A DNA stretch of 64,000 bases from Basidiobolus meristosporus CBS 931.73 (lineage: Eukaryota; Fungi; Basidiobolomycota). Below, in pieces: positions 25,701 through 38,535 of the stretch; positions within the stretch are counted from its first letter, which is position 1, and every line of letters starts with the position of its first letter. The stretch is taken from positions 62,001-126,000 of the forward strand of contig MCFE01000197.1 in assembly GCA_002104905.1 (NCBI GenBank), read 5' to 3'. A program made the translations under genes and the position numbers. The notes beneath the pieces are model-generated. The model saw only the letters and a program-made list of their open reading frames with translations, was not told the DNA's origin and searched no databases.

Positions 25701-27140
25701 TTTCACATCATTGCTCTTTCACAAGCAAATGGACTAATGGGCTCACTTGGCTCCATAAGATATTCATGGCATCTTTTTCCACTGGTGCTGTATCATTGCA
25801 TACTGGGATTTTGTCATGTTTATGCATGGTACTACTATGTAGGGAGATAGGCCCATAAGTCATCATTGATTCTTCTACTTCAGAGCTATCACTCCACAGG
25901 CCATGTTGATAAGGCTCTGGTGAGGCAAATTGCATCACAAACCTACCTAAATAAGTTTTTGCAAGGTGAAAGATCAAGTTAGGTACCATTTTAGTAGTAC
26001 CATGTAACTGGCAAGAAATACCTGAAATAGGTGTAACTGATGAATGCTCAAAGAAATTTTGTATAGCACAGCACTGACCATGATCCTTTAAATCCACCCT
26101 ATGCCATCTGTATTGTTTGTGGCTTAGATGCTTATTACAATGACCACATAGTTTTTTCCCATTACATATGGTGCTGAATCAATGTAGTCTTTCCATAGGG
26201 CAAACAGCTTGACACTCAACAGCATTATATTATTATGTAACTATTTTTGTCAATACTTTTGTGAGCTCATCACAGATTTGTATTTGAGACACTGCACCTA
26301 CATGAGTGTAATACTCATTTGTGACCCACCACAGTAAACTTTATAAACAAAGCTGTGGTACCACATGCACAAATATTGGTAACATTATCTCCAATTTAGT
26401 CCTAATCATTCCCATATCTGTGCTGCCAAAAATAAGGCAAAGTTGTCTTGTTCCCAATCAAACAGCAATGCTGACTGCAGCAGAAGATTTGCTCAACAAC
26501 AGCTTGCTCTGACATTCAGCGCAGCAAGCAGGGCTACATTCAAAAAAAGGAAATGTGAACTCTTCAAGCTCTTGGTCCAGTTGGCAGTTTAGAGTCTCTG
26601 CAGAGCTGCAAGCTTGCCATTATGCACAAGTGGATGATGACTTCACAAATGCAGTACCACTAGTGAAAGACCAGCAAATGAGCATCATAACATCACCACC
26701 TCCTGTATTACCAGTTATATTGTTGCATCTTACCAAAGCATTAGGGAGGCAAGTAGTTGCAGTGACTAATGAGATATTTGCAATAGGCCACCAAAATCAG
26801 GACATAGTCAACAGACAGGTTGAGTAGAAAATAAATATGGGGCAATCAGTATCCCAGTTAGAGAACGCAGTATATAGGCTGCAAAGCTAGAACTTAGGTA
26901 GCTCAATGTCACAGCCAAGATTGGAGCCATTTCATAATGTAATAGTAGAGAAACAGTGTATATTATTTAAGCAAAACAAAAGTTCCCACAGACTAAGCAC
27001 AGAGAAGAGTGTAGCAGAGTGTGGGAGGGAAACACTGCAAGCTTAATGTCCAAGCCTAAAAGTCAGAAGATCTTAGGTATTTGAGAAACTGTTGAGTACA
27101 AGGATAGGAGTGGAATAACATCTCACAGACTGTAAGAAGT
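25701..27140. mobile_element. CACTA central fragment: transposase 5' part (minus), spacer, ORF2 5' part (plus)
   Basis: Aligns with about 60880-62300. Confidence 0.75.
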
Positions 27141-27421
27141 CTAGCATGGTTTAACCTTAATCATACCCCAGACTTCACAAAAACTGGGTCAAGATCTTTC
27201 ATCACAACAACAATATTGGCTTCAGATTGTTGTCTGCCAATATTTTCACTTTCTCATCCTGGACACTCAATCACAACCTATGTCTGTGTACATTGATTTG
27301 CCATTGCCTATTGCTCCCACTCCTTACTTTATGATCCATCCACAGATTTTACCTTTTAGGCCCACAAATCTGTTTATATCCAATGAAACATCAGTGGTAG
27401 CTTGATTACAGATTGTGCTAA

Positions 27422-30400
27422 CCCTATGAAAAATAATTTGGTCCCGCAGGTGGATCCATTTCAGTTCAGCCATCAGGATCCCATTTGGAGACTGTCATAA
27501 TACCAGCAGCTTGGAATTAGTGACCCTCCTGATAATCTTATGACAGGATCATGACGGTGCTTGCTAATTTTATAACAAAATGAAGGGATAAAACTTGACA
27601 AGATTTTACTGGTGCTGTGACAATAATTGCATGGTATTATTGAGTTCTTTTAGTGCTCTACAACTATTTGAAGTGGCTCCAATTGGGCAGGACATCCAGT
27701 TACCTTATATGGCAAGAAACGTGACAGTATTTCAGCAACCTCACTGTGAGACTCTGATGGCATTATATTGGCAGTATTACAGTCTACTGCTGGCTTTATA
27801 TAATGCTACTGCACCAATTTACCAAATGGTATTTCCTTTTTCTACCTCCCCTTATGCAACTCATATATTCCTATGTAGTATTACCCTACTTTATTTGTTT
27901 ACCCACCACTACCTTGGGTATTCCATATATGGTCTGAACCAAAAAGAACTATGGCCTCCTGCCTACTAACCTCTACAAATGTGCACACCTGCCACAATTG
28001 ACATACTTCTATCACCACAGCTTTGCAGCTTTTGGTGTGATGCTTGCAAATTGGCCATATACCTTGTACAATAATTCCATGGTATTGTTGCGGTCTTATT
28101 GCGCTCTACCACTATTGTGAATAGATCCAACTGACCAGAACATCCAATTGCCTTATATGGCCAGAAACTTGATGATATTTCAGCAAGCTCATAGTCAGAC
28201 TTGGATGGCATTATACTGGCAGTATGGTAGCCTACAGCTGGTTCTGTATAGTGCTGTCATACCAATTCATCAAATGGTATTTCCTTTTTCTACCTTTTCT
28301 TTGGCAATTCATATATTCCACTGTGGAATCACCCCTCTGTATTTGCTTAACCACTGCTACCTTGGGTATGCCAGATGTAGTTTGAATCAATAAAGACTAT
28401 GGCCTCCTGCTTACTAACCTCTACAAATGTGCACACTTGCCACAATTGACATACTTCTATCACCACAGCTTTGCAGCTTTTGGTGTGATGCTTGCAAATT
28501 GGCCATATACCTTGCACTGCTTGTAACATATGCATTTTGCAAATAAATGCTTGGTTGTTGCCACTTCTGTCATGAATACCTCCTGAATATCTGCCAAGAA
28601 CTTCTCAGTATTTAGAAGATATATTCCTTCTCCCTGCTGGATCCTAGTCCCACTCATTGGTGTGCTCTGGCTTTTGAATGTGTGAATTCTGTATTGAATG
28701 GTGTAGAAGCTGGCATGTGACCATGAGAAATCTGGCATACCTTGGTAGGGTTTTCCTGATAAAAATCAGTTGATTGTTGTACCTAACACAACTTTTCATT
28801 ACTTAACTGAATACCCATGCATTGGAGCTGCTTAGCTGCTTAATGCTATAGGCATAGGTGTCTCCATGTGCACAATAGTCCCCAGTACTTTCCAACTCCT
28901 CCTGGCTGTCCTCCATGTGCCAACTTGTCACATCCATGAAAGACCTGAAGGTAATATTCTTGATGGTATTGGAATATGGTAGTACTTGCAACTTGACTTG
29001 TCTTCCTATCTCCTCATATATCTGCTCCATAGGAAACTCACAAAAGGTGAAGCAAGGCCCAATATTCTCCACACACCATGCCAGATGGAGTAGAGAATGG
29101 ATAAAGTAGTGGCAGAGATCTACATGTTCAGCTTTATGTTTGTAGTACAGCCACTCCAAACCCATCACAAACTCCTCACACAACAGCTGTAGATGTGTCA
29201 AGTTGACTTTGATGATCTGTTTCTGGATAAATATTCCTACAATGTCCACATATGACTCCCAATGCTTCCAATGTACTTTTGGTAGGAATGGCTTCAGAAT
29301 GCCACTTGAATAAATATGTATCCAGTTCATCCAGTCTTTACATTTGTATTGTTGAAGATACATATGAGTATTAATTAGAGCCTGTGAGAAGTACTTAGGG
29401 TAGCAGATACTTAGTAACATCTTCCCAATTTTTCAAATCTCTCTGGTATCTCAAATGGCTCATTTAGCTTAAAATGCCCCATGCACAACTTGGTCATCAG
29501 TATAGGAATATTGTTGAATAGCAAATGCATTGCTCCCTGTGGAAAGCCTTTGTTCCAACATATACCCTCTATCTTAAGTATCTGCAGTTTCCAATTGATT
29601 TCATATTCTGGCCAATGGCCTATAGCTTGTCAACTTTGCTGCAATTGCATGCTGACTTCTGTACGTTCTCTCTGTTGAAAGATAATGCTCTCAGTGCTGG
29701 TGTTTGGGTAATAATAATGTGTGTGAGTTATGGAGAAAATCCCCTGGATCTCACACATTTGACAGCATTACTATCTGCTGAGTCTGCAAAACATGCTATC
29801 TTACTAATGGCTGGGGCATCTCCAATGAAGAATATAATATGTGCTTTTACATGACAGCAAATCTCTGTTATCCTGCTGGAAAGCATACAAATTCATCCAG
29901 CAATGGATACAAGTAGCTATCCAGGTTGGACGGTGATTTAGGCCTAGATACCAGTGTGACTACCATCATATTATTGCTCTGATACTGTAGGATGGGCAGC
30001 AGATTCCAATTGATGAGAATCAGTGGCCAGCAGAATTTGCTGGTAGAGTACTTCTTTAATGAGAATCCATCATGTGCTAAAGCAAAGGCATAGTCATGCA
30101 TACCTTTAGGCTTGCCCTTGCTTCTTAGCTGTTTGCAATGTTTGCCATCAAATATACTGGATATGTTTGCAGTTGATTGATACTGAGTGTGGTACTGTAT
30201 AGCTTTGCAATATTTGTTGGACTGCATCAGCTTCCTCAGATGGGGTATGACCAGAGTATATCTGGAGTGTTAACAATGTTTTCACTCAATGGTGGTGAAT
30301 TACCAACAACTTGGACAGTTTGCAATAGTAGCATTTTCAGATGTGAATGCCATGTAACTGTTAACACATGCTGGAATCAGTACAGTCTCTGGATCATATG

Positions 30401-31450
30401 TTGCCTGCCACATGATAGTTGTCCACTTGTACCATGTACATGGTAGGTTGCATCCCAGTATGATTTTGGCAAGAAGTAGTAATAAGTCCTCAAAGCCCTC
30501 ATTACTGATATAAGTAGAAACACACCACTTCTCTAGCCACAATACTACATCATTCACCAGTAGATGCACTACTGGTCTCACTTGGCTCCATAAAGTATCC
30601 TTGGCATTTGTTTCAATTGGTAATGTCTCATTGCATATAGGGATTTGACCAGGCTCATATGTGGTATTGTTGTAAGGGGAGATAGGCTCAAAATCTATCA
30701 GTGAGCCCTCTTTATCAGAGCTATCACTCTGCATGCAATATACTGAAGGCTGAGGTGAGCCTAAAGGTGTCACAAACTCACCTGACTCAGTTTGTGCAAG
30801 GTGACAAAGACAGCTAGGTGCTAATATAGAAGTATCAACTGGGCGGCAAAATAATGTTGCTACAGTAGTGACTAATGAATGGTTAAATATGACTGGGATG
30901 GCAAAACACTGGCAATGATCCTTGTAATACTTCCTATGCTGTCTCCATGCTTCATGGCTGAGAGGCTTGAAACAATAGCCACATGGTCTTTTTTTCTTCA
31001 CTTACAGCATTTAATCAAAATACTCTTGTCCATGGGTCAAACAGTTTGACCTTCAACAATGTGATACCATTATATCATCTTTTGGTCAGTACACATGTGA
31101 GCTCAGGACATTCATGTATTTGAGATATAGCACCTACACAAATGTAAGATTCCATGATGACTTGCCATAGTATGCATTATCAATAAAGTAGTGGCACCAC
31201 ATACACGTGTATATAAGTGTTTATGAGTGTCTGAGATCAGAAAGTGAGCAGATTAACAGGGAACCAAGCAAAAACCACTTTTACACTGATGTGATGAGAA
31301 ATTTTTAACAGGTTTTTTGTGAAATCTGGGGTGCTATTATTTTTCAACAGTCTCTGGACAGTGTCCTGATGGGATCAGTACCTCTTAGTCATGGGATTTT
31401 AACTTTATGATGGCCTTTTGACAGGATCATCTTGATAATTTTTCATAGGG
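27422..31450 (-). mobile_element. CACTA/EnSpm element with both TIRs, transposase only (ORF2 deleted)
   Basis: 13-bp perfect TIR CCCTATGAAAAAT; 4-bp direct repeat CTAA at 27418-27421 and 31451-31454. Confidence 0.92.
27500..31001 (-). pseudogene. tnp2-type (Transposase_21/DUF4218-like) CACTA transposase
   Basis: SIFDGKH...ALAHDGF...CWPLILINWNL...PKSPSNLDSYLYPLLDEF; HSLLHLAWCVENIGPCFTFCEFPMEQ; ACVNSYMAF...NCPSC. Confidence 0.9.
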
Positions 31451-33247
31451 CTAACCTATGCAAGTCCTTATACACAACACTAGCATTGTGCTCAAACTCA
31501 CATTCAGCCTGTAACTTCATTCAAATCAACTACTCAATAAGTATTTGTGCCAAAATGCTTTTTTTCCATAAGTTTAACAGGAACCCCACTACTTTATGCC
31601 ACTGTTCACTCACCGGCTCCAATATATCCTGGTCTTCAGCCAGCACTGCAAGTGCTAGCACCTCATTATCCAGTCTTTGTAATAAATTCTGGCAATATTT
31701 CAGTACATATTCCTGAGCACTGCTCTTGATTAAGTGCTGTAACCTTTACTGTTCTTGTTATTTCCCCAAAACTTCACCGCAGGTGCTGAAATAGTCTTTC
31801 AAGCTGCTGACATTATTATAACTCTGACTACAATGAAGGATTTAGAGGCAATTGTGGACAAATTGCATTTTTCTGCAAGCTTATCTACCTCATTGGAGTG
31901 TAGCTAACTGGTTGGGCTTGAAACTCCTAAGAAAACAGCTTTTGTCCTGTTGGTACTTGTCATTGGCTGTACTGCAATTCAGACTGTTCTGAGCTGAAGG
32001 CATATATTGGTGAGAACACAGCATTTTCTCACGCTTGCCTGTCTCCAGCTTGAGTAGACCTTTCTCTCTCTCAATTATCCTTTATCACTGCCAGGTCTTT
32101 CACTGGTACTTGGTCCAAGTGCTTCTTGTAATGATCTACATTTTTGTCTTGATATATGCTGCACTGGGACATCCACTTTTTCCTTCTTGTTCTTGACTTG
32201 TGCTCTTTTTGCTAGCTGACATTTCTTTGCTATTTGTTTGACTGTTGGCCTGAGCTGTGATCAGCTCCTGCAGAAGTTGCTGGCTTCTATTACTGCCAGG
32301 TCCTTCACGGCTACCTTCAATTAGTTCCTCTTGAATGAGACTATGCTTTCTCTTGATAAATGCTCTGCTGATGCATCCATGTCCACCTGCTTGTCACTTG
32401 ATGGCACTCTTTTGGCTTTCTGGCATTTCTCTGATGCTTGTTTAGAGCTTTTGGCCCTGCTTGTAGCAGGCTCTTGAGGAAGACATTGGTTGTTAGCTAT
32501 AGCACCCTCACTCTTTTGCCTATGACAGTATCTGCTATTTTTGAGATACTTGTCAGCATACCAGTGCTAGCCCAACCTATTTACTTGCTTGCATCAAGAA
32601 TAATGTTCATGGAACAGGCAAAGCACATTCTGCTTGGCCTTGAGCTCCTGAATGTCCCATGGTATACTGGCCTTGAGGTGATGCTGCGCTAGACTACTAT
32701 CAACCTCTTAAAGATTAGCTTACTCTTCTATGTTGCAATCAACAGTTTCACAGATCTTCAACTTTTTTTAACTTAGTGATGGGTATAAACACCACAGTCT
32801 CTCCGTCCCATGCAATAATAGCACTTTTGGTGGGCTGTATCTTTAGCAATGTTATGCTTCAAAGACTGCACAGTGCACCTAATTGCCTTATTTGGGCTTT
32901 GGTATGAGCTTGCAACGTAGTTGCTAATATTAACAGTGGTGATGTTATGACAGCCACTTGCTGATCATCAACCAACAGCACAGCATTGGCTACATGCTCA
33001 TCTGCCTGAGTATTATAGTCAGTTTGTAGCTCTGCAGAGATTCACAATTTATTACCTGACTGTGAGCCCAAGAGGCCTGCATTATTACCTTTTGTGAGCA
33101 CACTGCTAATATGGCCTTTTTTGATTGTAGCTCACATGTTGTGCCAGTTGTCAAAGCAAGCTGATGTCCTACTGTTTTTCTACTGCTCTCAGCAGTGCAT
33201 TTTAGTTGCAAACCTGATGACTTTCCTTTATTCTTTGGCAGGATATG

Positions 33248-36200
33248 TGTTATGATCTGCTGCCTAAATGTTTAAGTTGGATTGGTTTTTAATCAAATAA
33301 ATTAGCTTATGTCCAGCTAACAAATGTATCAGTATTACCTTTCAGATCAGTAGTACTAGTCTGCTGATGAATCAGCATATCTTTATCATACAGAAATAGA
33401 AATATTAAGTATCATATAATAGGGTGATGATTATGCAACCAGATGAGTCATTAGCCACAGCCTACATTATGAAAAACAATCAGTCAGCAATTGATCTGGC
33501 AAAATGAATATAAGGTGCTGCTGAAACCCCAATAAAATCAGTAAGCTTTAGTAAATAAAATACTGCTAAGCTCCCTATTCCTATACAACTCTTATATCAA
33601 CACTTGTAACATTGTAAGCAGCAATAATCCAAAACCTCCCCCCTGAAGAACAAAATAGCCTCCCTCAAGATGTCAGAAAATCACAAATGAATGAATGCTA
33701 TGCAGCAGGTCCTAACCCAGCAGCAACAAGGAGTGAATACCATGGCCCAAAGCCTGTCAATAGCAGCTTTTGTGTGATGGTCCATGGGCACCATGGTAGA
33801 GTCAATGAAAACCTGAGAACTTGACTCTTCCAGATTGAAGAAGCTTTCAAGGCTAAGGAATTGCTCCAGAAAGCAAGTGCTATGCAGAATAATCCCACAT
33901 CAAAAAATGTAAGGAAGGACTTTGATTTAATTGCCACCTGCAAGGACATATTGCAAGGTACTGCCCTCAGAGAAAAAATGGACACCAGTCATCAGGAACC
34001 TTCAGCCCTATTGAAGCCCTTGAACATAATAACATGGGAGATGAACTTGAAGAAGACTTAGAACTCACCTTCCATATGACAGAAGAATTCTTATCCTAAG
34101 TGGCCTCAGCAAAGCAATTATACTTGAAAGGAGTATTCAATGGAGTACCTGCCAATATCATGATTGACTCTGGAGCATTGCATGAGTACACATCAGTGCA
34201 AATTGATTTGAAAGCTTGAATCAACTTGGAATGCACCAAATCAACCTCAGTCTTGACAGCATATGGGATTTCTCACATAATTTACCGTATTACTCAGCCA
34301 GTAGGAATGAAGATCTATGACTATGAAGAAGACCTACAAGTCTATATAGTTGGGAACTGCTAGTCTGACCTTGTACTTGGAAAAACCTGGCTATTTTGTT
34401 GTAGTCCATAAATCAACTGGAGAACCCATGCTACTCAGAAGCTGAAGGACAACAAGGCTTATGAGCTCTTACCTGCCAGACAGGATTTCCACTTGGTCAA
34501 TACCAGTGTGTGTTAAACAAGTGAACTTAGCAAGACACAGCTTAGTAGAGCACTTAGAAATGGTACCCAGATGCTCCTCATGGCATATTACAGGAGGACT
34601 CCTCTACTCCAGTATTTCAGATGGTCCAGACTCTCTTGAAGGAATATTCAGATGTGTTTCCAAAAGTACCTGTAAGCCTTCCTCCAGTCAGAGATGTGGA
34701 TAATGCCATTGACACCAGGGATAACCTCCCAGTGAGTAAGACACCTTAATGAGTGAGTTCATTGGAGTTGGAAGAGATGAAGAGTCAAATGGATCAGCTA
34801 TTGGAGCAAGGACATATCAGACCCAGTAAGTCACCTTGGAGGGCCCCAGTACTTTTTGTGAAAAGAAAGGTGGAGCACATAGCATGTGTATTGACTACAG
34901 AGCCCTCAACTCAGCTACTCTAAAGAATAAAGACCCCATACCTTAAATTGATGAGCTTTTGGGCTGACTCAATGGTGCCATCATATTCAGCAAGATTGAC
35001 CTTGTGTCTGGATACAACTATATTAGGGTGAAACCAGAAGACATCCCTAAGAGAGCATTCAGGACCAGATATGGACATTACAAGTGCTTAGTCATGAGTT
35101 TGGCCTTACCAATGCCCCTGCAACATTCATGATGCTGACGTAAATAGTCTTTCAGGAATACTTAGACAGGCTTTTAGTAATCTGCCTAGGTAAGATATTG
35201 ATATTGAGTAAGACAGAAGAGTAATACTTGGTGAATATTGGAAAGGTCTTGAAGAAGCTAACAGAGAACAAGTTGCATGGCAAGCTAGCAAAGTATGAAT
35301 TCTTGATGGAACATGTTGAATACATGGGACACATAGTGAATAGCACAGGAGTGACCTTAGACCCCAAGGAGTTTGAAATCATCAAGAATATGAAGCAGCC
35401 CAATAGCATATTGGAACTCAGATCATTCCTTGGAATGGTGTCTGATTATTGGAGATTTATCAAGTCCTTTGCAAGTAATGCAGCCCCTTTGACTGATATT
35501 CTCAAGAAAGACAACACCATGAAGTAGGACATAGCCTGGGAGACTGCCCTTCAGGCTCTCAAGAACAAACTTGCTTAGCTGCCAAGCTTAAGAATCCCAG
35601 ACTTCAGAAAAGAGCCTAATCTGTGCACAGATGCTTCAGATTATGCAATTAGTGGCGCACTGAGCCAAGAGCATGAGGGAAAGTACTACCCAGTTACTTT
35701 TGAGTCCAAGAAATTGAACTCAATAGAATACAACTATCCAGTGCATGAGAAGGAGATGCTTGCTATAATACACTGCTTGAAGACCTGGAGATGCTACACT
35801 GAAGGAGTCATGTGCACTGCAAAGACTGATAGCACCTCACTCAAGTATATGTTTACTCAGAAGGTACTATACAGAGGAATGACAAGATGGAATGAATACA
35901 TTCAGCAACTCTACTTTGAGATTGTCTATTGCCTTGGGAAAAACAACACAGGCACTGATGCCTTATCAAGAATAGAACAAGTTGCACAACTGAACCTGGT
36001 GCATGAATCAAATTTGTCTAGCTTAATACCAAAGTACTTGAAGGACCATGTCATTTATAATGAGCTGATTAAAGCAATCAAGACAATAGTCCAGAATGAA
36101 GCCAGATAAATTGTTGATGGAAGGCCTATAGCCTACTGCCCTTATATGGCTTGCCTGGATTTAATAAATAAGCTTCATAATGGATGTGGACATCTTGGAA

Positions 36201-37516
36201 TTGAAGGACCCAATAGCCTTATCAAAGCCAGAGCATGGTAGCCCAGGATGAAACAAGATATTGAGATGCTAGTGAAAACAAGCCAATTCGCCAAATCAAC
36301 CAAGGCCAACCACAAAGAGTTGCTGAACACCTTCCGTTGAGGCCTGTAAGACCACTTCAGAGATGGGAAATTAACTTTATTGGAGGACTGCCAACCACCA
36401 GGAAATGCAACCATTAGATCCTTGTAGCAATTGGCCATGCCACTAAATGGCCTGTGGCTAGAGAAGTATCTGTGGCCAATGAACAAGAAGTTGCAAGTTT
36501 CATCTACCATGGGGTCCTAATGAAGTTTGGATGCCCTGTAGAGTATTAATCCCATAGAGGAGGAAGCTTTATTGCAAAGATATTGGAAGCCTACCTGGAA
36601 AAGAAGCTGATCAAATATGCAAACAGGGCTGTCAGTAGATGGGATGAGCATATAGACCAAGCAATTCTTTCCTGCAGAGTTAGTGTGCACAACACCACCC
36701 ACAATTGCCATTTCACTTAGTGTATGGATGTGAGCTGGGGATTGCAGGAGATTGCATACAACCAAAGCTTACAGATTCCTTAGAAGATGAGCACAGTCAA
36801 CCAAGTAGACATCAGCAGCTGGAACCAAGGTGTCAAGAGGCACAGGTAAAGAATCTCCAGGTGCAGAAAAGATGAAGCAGGGATCTGATATGTCTATATC
36901 ACCAGATGCCTTGACAGTTGGAACTTTTTACTGTTGAAAAACAACACATGGAAGCAGTTTGAGCCACAATGGACAGGACCTTTCAAGATCACCAGAGGAT
37001 GTCCATTTGCAACTTATCAACTAATAGACAAACATTGTAATATCTGGGAAGACTAAGTTCATATAGACAGACTCAAGCTTGCAAAACTTGCTGACAATAC
37101 TGAACCATCATGATATTGGTATTACAAGAAAAGAGATTTAGGAGTACACTCTCAACTTTTGAAGGTGAGAATGTTACAATCTACTGTTTCTAATCAGATC
37201 AATTAGTTTTAGGCCTGGCCTATCAGCATATCAGTGTTATCTATTGGATCATTAGTATCATTCAGCAGATGAGTTAGCAGATTCTTATTATACAGAAATA
37301 GATATATGAAGTATCATACAATTGGGTGTTGATGATGCAATCATATGAGTCATCTGCCACAGCCCACATTTGGAAGTACAATTACTTGGCTATTGATCTG
37401 GTAAAATGCATGTAATGAGCAGCTGGAACCTCAATAAAAATCAGTACAAGCTTGAGTGAATACAATACTAGCTAAACTCCCTATTCCTCTGCAACTCATA
37501 AACCCAGACTTGTACA
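33248..37516 (+). mobile_element. Ty3/Gypsy A2, old, with long (about 360-bp) diverged LTRs
   Basis: LTRs 33248-33610 and 37172-37516; degenerate PPT; PR-RT-RH-IN remnants homologous to A1; TSD not resolved. Confidence 0.85.
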
Positions 37517-38535
37517 AATAAATGAAAGTGAGTCAAACCGCAAGAAAATAGGCTACATATAAATGTACATGAGGTGCCACAATTTCATTAAAGGTGCTTA
37601 CTATGGTGGGGCATTATATATTCTTACATTTATGTCAGAGCAATATCTCAAATACAAGACTGTCTTAGATTCACATGAGTATTTGCTGAAAAGTAATGCC
37701 ACAGTGTTATGTTGTTGAGTATCTAGCTATTTGCCCCAGAGACAAGACTTCTTTAACTCAACACCATAAGAGAAGGGGAAGACATCCATGTGACTACTAC
37801 AACAGGCCTCTTGGCCATGAAGCACCTGTTGGCATAAGAAGTATCACCATGATCATGGCCAGTGTTTGACTATATAAGCCATATTTGACCACTCATCAAT
37901 CACTACTTTACCAATAATATAATACCAGCTGCTGAGTACTGTGATAATGGCACCAAGCTGTACATCTTACCTGAGTATACTAAGTGAGGTAGGTTTGTAA
38001 CGCTTTTAGGCTCACCTTAGCCTTTGAGATATTGCCTGCAGAGTAATTGCTCTGGAGAAGAAGGCTCACTGATGAATTGCTAGCCTTTCTTCCCTAACAA
38101 CAGCAACCTGCATGAGCCGGACAAACTCAATATGCAATGGGACAACACCTGTGGAAAAATAGCCAATGCTACTTCAAAGAGGCAAGTGAGCCCAGTGATT
38201 CATCTAGTGGTGAATAATGTGATGTTATGGCTTTAGATGTGAGGTGTTTCCACTAATATTAGTAGAGGGGACTTTGAGGATTAGTATTACTTCTGGACTA
38301 ATTCATTCCAGGATGCTACTAATCATGTACATGGTACAAATGGACTATAGTCATGCAGCTGGCTACACACTACCCAGTGACAATCCCAATACCACATTGT
38401 GCTAGCAGTTGCCTGGCACTCTCATCATATAATGTCAACATTCCAAGGTGTCCAACTTGTCCAGAATCCACCACCATAGGAAGAAACCTTTATGGACACT
38501 CTGGACAATCTCCAGTGATTCCTCACATAAATAAG

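Larger units (their letters stand above)
27150..38535 (-). mobile_element. Old CACTA host copy in reverse orientation (27150-27421, 31451-33247, 37517-38535), split by a younger CACTA and by Gypsy A2
   Basis: Segments align in order with the reverse complement of about 60600-63850; sequence is continuous across the insertions. Confidence 0.75.
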
